Shown: positions 20,914 to 23,888 of the stretch, in pieces | Layout: each line of letters starts with the position of its first letter | Numbering within the stretch: the first letter of the stretch is position 1 | Assembly: GCA_000388065.2 (NCBI GenBank) | Contig: KB932209.1 | Source: Fonticula alba ATCC 38817 | Lineage: Eukaryota; Protista; Nucleariida | DNA: 23,888 nt | Strand: one strand, 5' to 3' | Translations under genes and position numbers: made by a program | The notes under the pieces: model-generated | What the model was told of the DNA's origin: nothing | The model's input: only the letters and a program-made list of their open reading frames with translations | Database searches by the model: none

Positions 20914-21007
20914 CGACGTGGGAGGAGAGGGACCGAGGGAAAGACACAGGTTAGCCAGCCAAACGCGGACAGCAGGGGAGGAGGCGCGGGCTGTGAAGAC
21001 GCACCAT
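16802..21007 (-). CDS. Gene C: about 1166-aa multidomain protein with a CPI-like motif, Ras-association (RA) domain, Pro-rich linker, PH-like region and degenerate sphingosine/ceramide-kinase (DAGK-family) domain
   Basis: Exons 21007-21005 (ATG; in-frame TGA 15 nt upstream), 20798-20763 (GSKIAALAANIQ; alternative in-frame TAG acceptor at 20814), 20626-20384, 20248-19119, 18890-16802 (3501 nt). RA-like LRIYCASGYKSVVPSSTDTIQDTIKSMIEKL...FSLYAVDPSGKEEKL. SphK-like segments VLVFIDP, IIVISDSISLAHNVVNGFASRPD (cf. LVVMSGDGLMHEVVNGLMERPD), VTAARFEP...IVIDYQ...HLALHPGLLRVF (cf. VVAFRLEP...FAVDGE...QGQVHP). Confidence 0.8.
18144..18197 (-). repeat. 6-nt coding repeat (GGTGC[T/G])n encoding a Gly-Ala tract in gene C
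   Basis: gcacc[a/c] units on +; protein AGAGAGAGAGAGAGAA. Confidence 0.8.
19916..20185 (-). other. Ras-association/ubiquitin-like domain within gene C
   Basis: About 90-aa ordered island between Pro-rich linkers matching the RA pattern LRIY...YKSV...T..D.I...EKL.L......FSLY.V...G.E..L. Confidence 0.65.
20824..20913. repeat. G90 homopolymer (sense C90) in gene C intron 1
   Basis: Pure G run of 90 nt as assembled. Confidence 0.85.
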
Positions 21008-21301
21008 CGCGACCCGTCCTCAGCGCGCAATGGGGTGAGAGTGGAGGAGAACGGTGGGGGAGGAGGGGCAAAAGGGAGGAAGCAGGAAGAGCGGGAGAGA
21101 GGGAGAGGCAAGGGGAGGAAAAGAGGGGGAAGAAGACAGGTGGCGTTCGGCTGTGGAAGGGCGTCGGCCGCGGCCGGCGACCTGGCACCCTTTCGGGGCA
21201 TCTCGTCGGGGATGGTGGGAAACGGAAGTTTCATTGGGGGGCGGGCGGGCGGGCGGGCGCAGGGACAAGGAGCAGGGCTGTGGCGATGGGAAGTGGAGCT
21301 C

Positions 21302-21522
21302 NNNNNNNNNNNNNNNNNNNNNNNNNNNNNNNNNNNNNNNNNNNNNNNNNNNNNNNNNNNNNNNNNNNNNNNNNNNNNNNNNNNNNNNNNNNNNNNNNNN
21401 NNNNNNNNNNNNNNNNNNNNNNNNNNNNNNNNNNNNNNNNNNNNNNNNNNNNNNNNNNNNNNNNNNNNNNNNNNNNNNNNNNNNNNNNNNNNNNNNNNNN
21501 NNNNNNNNNNNNNNNNNNNNNN
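21302..21522. other. Assembly gap (221 N)
   Basis: N run. Confidence 1.
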
Positions 21523-22284
21523 GAGCACGGACGAGTGGGCCTGGACAACGCGCTCTGCACCGGAGGGAGAATGGAGGAGTCTGGCCCCGCCCGGCCCCGG
21601 GGACTCCCCCCTTGGCTGCCGAGACCGGGAAGCCTGGCATGCCTGCCGCGCCTAGGGATGAGGTGCCCCGCCAAGGACCGGCCTGCGTGCTCTTTCGCCC
21701 TCTCCCCAGGCGGGGGCCAATTTGCGCCTGGTGCCGCCCGGGGGGGGGGGGCAGCCCGCCCGAGCTGAACACCGAGCCCAAGTCAGGAGGCGAGAAATTC
21801 CCACACACACGCACGCACGAACCGCATTCCACAGCCAGCCGAGAGAAGCCGTCTCGGACCGGCCATACGGGCTCGCAGGAAACCGCAAGGCGTCGCGTTT
21901 CTCCCCCCCCCCCCGCCCGGGACCGCAGACGGGCAGAGGGGCGGACGAGGGACCCGGCGGAGGACTCTCCCACTCCCCCCCCCCCCCCCGGCACGCATGC
22001 CGGGAATGCCTGCACCCCAGCACCATCTTGCACGTGTGAGCTGCTGTAGCAGATTGTGATCTGACTGCGGCCACTCAAACCCGCTTGAAAAACCGAGGTG
22101 TCAAACTCCCCCCGGCCTCTCCCCCTGCGGGCCGTTGTTGTCCGACCACCCCACCTCGGGGAGGGTGCTTAATAGGCCAAAGGGTGGCGGAGGGGGGAAG
22201 AGGGGGGGCGTGGCTGTGTCTTCGCAGAGGGGCGGGGTTGCTCCCCCTCCTGGCCGCATCCGCGCCCGATGCTTGTGGAGCTTA

Positions 22285-22290
22285 TTTATT
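22285..22290 (-). promoter_or_regulatory. Probable polyadenylation signal (AATAAA) for gene D
   Basis: tttatt on +, 23 nt downstream of the TGA at 22313, in a rare AT-rich patch. Confidence 0.55.
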
Positions 22291-22312
22291 ATTCTATTTT
22301 TGAAGATCTGCA

Positions 22313-23140
22313 TCATCCCGAGGAGCGCATGTGATGCGCGGAATCTAGCGCGAGAATGAGGGCCCCCACCGCGTCCAATGTGAAAGTCTCCCCGAGGCGA
22401 GTGATGCAGCTGGCCGGAGGCGCTGGGGCATCCCATCGGGAAGCGGCCGACCCGCCATCGGCACTCGCCGGCAGCACAAAGCACCAGGACGGCTGCCGAA
22501 GAGCAGCTGCGGCCAGGCGGAGGCGGAGGCTGGCAGCTCGCGAGGCTGCGGCCTGCCCTCCCGGCCCGGCCGGGCGCTCCACCGCCTGGAGGCCAGTGTC
22601 CGCCAGATGACCGAGGGAAGGCAGCAACAAATCGGGCCAGACACCGACGCAGGCGCTCGGTGGGTCGGGCGGGGTCGCGAGCAGATCGAGCGCCCGTTCA
22701 CCGGCGCACAAGGCCAATGCATCGCGCACACGCCCGAGCCACACCATCAGCACCCCGACACAGGGATCATCCCCAGGAGCGGGGCCCTGGCCGGCACGCG
22801 ATCCCAGCAGGATTACTCGAAGGTGGGCATCCAGGGCCGTGGCCATCTCATTGAGACGGTGGCCGAAGTCCCGCAGCGCCGCATCCACCGCGGGCAATCC
22901 CGCAAAGAGGCTTGTTCCCGGGGGGGAAACGGGGCCAGCCTGGTCCCGGGCCCGGCGGAGATCCCCCACAGCCGCCACCCAAAATTGCTGCTCGAGGCTG
23001 ACACCCAGCGCGGCGTGGGTCGCCATGGGCTGGATGGCCGGGGCATGTGCCAGCAAGCGGGCCGCGCTGGCCCCGATCGCCAGGAAACCGGCCACAGCCA
23101 GGCTCAATAACACACTCACAAGACGTGTGCCGGGCCTCAT
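22313..23140 (-). CDS. Gene D: hypothetical 275-aa protein with a signal-peptide-like N-terminus
   Basis: ORF from ATG 23140: MRPGTRLVSVLLSLAVAGFLAIGASAARLLA... to ...LDAVGALILALDSAHHMRSSG*. Protein-like composition and AATAAA just downstream. No family recognised; additional upstream exons are possible. Confidence 0.5.
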   Translation of the reverse strand: MRPGTRLVSVLLSLAVAGFLAIGASAARLLAHAPAIQPMATHAALGVSLEQQFWVAAVGDLRRARDQAGPVSPPGTSLFAGLPAVDAALRDFGHRLNEMATALDAHLRVILLGSRAGQGPAPGDDPCVGVLMVWLGRVRDALALCAGERALDLLATPPDPPSACVGVWPDLLLPSLGHLADTGLQAVERPAGPGGQAAASRAASLRLRLAAAALRQPSWCFVLPASADGGSAASRWDAPAPPASCITRLGETFTLDAVGALILALDSAHHMRSSG

Positions 23141-23170
23141 AACTCCATCGGGCAAGGCGGGAGCAACACA

Positions 23171-23206
23171 GGGAGGCGAGGGAGGCGAGGGAGGCGAGGG
23201 AGGCGA
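23171..23206. repeat. 9-nt tandem repeat (gggaggcga)4
   Basis: Direct reading just upstream of the gene D ATG. Confidence 0.85.
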
Positions 23207-23598
23207 GGGAGGGGGGGGATGAAGGGCCAGAGGAAGAGGGAAAGGGCCAGGGGGGGTAGGGGGGAGGCAAGAGAAAAACAGGTACCCGCCTGCCCCGGCC
23301 CGAGACCCGACACAAGAGTCCCTTTTTACATTGCTCACACCCGGCCGCCCCCCGGTGGGGGACCAGCAAGCGGACGGCAGACCGGCAGATCAGGGAGCGC
23401 GAGTCAGACTCGCGCATGTCATGTGACAACACCATGTGCCCTGACCAAGAGCGGCCCTGTTGCTCTTCCCTCTGGCTGGTCTCGCGCGCGCTCCCCCCCC
23501 CCCCCCCCCCGCCCCCGTGCCCCTAGTGGCCTGCACCATGGTGCGCGTATGCTCACGCATATACCCCCACGCCCCGGGCCCTCCCACAGGCGCGCCTG

Positions 23599-23600
<2 letters not shown>

Positions 23601-23666
<66 letters not shown>

Positions 23667-23671
23667 ACACA
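23601..23671. repeat. (AC)30+ microsatellite
   Basis: 60 nt of perfect AC, then ag, then further AC units. Confidence 0.95.
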
Positions 23672-23888
23672 ATGCAGACCCATCTGCATCCGCGCAGATT
23701 CACACGCACCCTGCCGCCCCACTTGGCGAGAAGAATCGTTACAACTGTGTGGCCCGCTGACCTAGGCCGGGCCCGGGCGGGCTCTAGAGACCTCTTGCCC
23801 CCGCGACGCCCTATTTTCGGGGCCCCTCCCCCGGTGGTACTGGCGCCATATCGCGTCGCGTTGTCCGCTCCGCTTGTCCCCCCCCCCC

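Noticed and set aside
20627-20947. ORF-track N-terminus of the 1381-aa ORF (MSFPRSL...poly-Pro)
   Set aside because: It begins at GTG inside intron 1 and reads through C90 and intron 2; ATG|GTGCGT at 21007, with an upstream in-frame stop, gives a better model.

Overview
GC-rich, intron-rich eukaryotic genomic DNA with three assembly gaps. The style (GTGCGT donors, poly-C/CT/CA introns) resembles the amoeboid holomycotan Fonticula, but that is a guess. Most entries in the ORF track are GC/homopolymer shadow ORFs; the real genes only appear after manual splicing. Supported content: tRNA-Val(UAC) (+); gene A (-), a 293-aa Pro/Ala-rich protein in 4 exons; ELP3 (+), 6 exons, 674 aa; a very large Sel1-repeat SEL1L/Hrd3-like protein (-), 8 exons, about 1710 aa; gene C (-), 5 exons, about 1166 aa, with an RA domain, a PH-like region and a sphingosine-kinase-like fold whose catalytic motifs are all degenerate; and an orphan ORF with a signal-peptide-like start (-). 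The most striking observation is that genes A and C, 15 kb apart and otherwise unrelated, share a four-exon N-terminal module. It consists of an ATG-only first exon, an exon ending in IAxLAAxIx, a Pro-rich exon starting xP[LM]G, and an exon opening with a motif resembling capping-protein-interaction (CPI) motifs and ending RRAx[ST]M. All three introns in the module are phase 0 in both genes. Also notable: none of the 19 inferred 5' splice sites has A at +4. All homology statements come from recalled family motifs, not from database searches.
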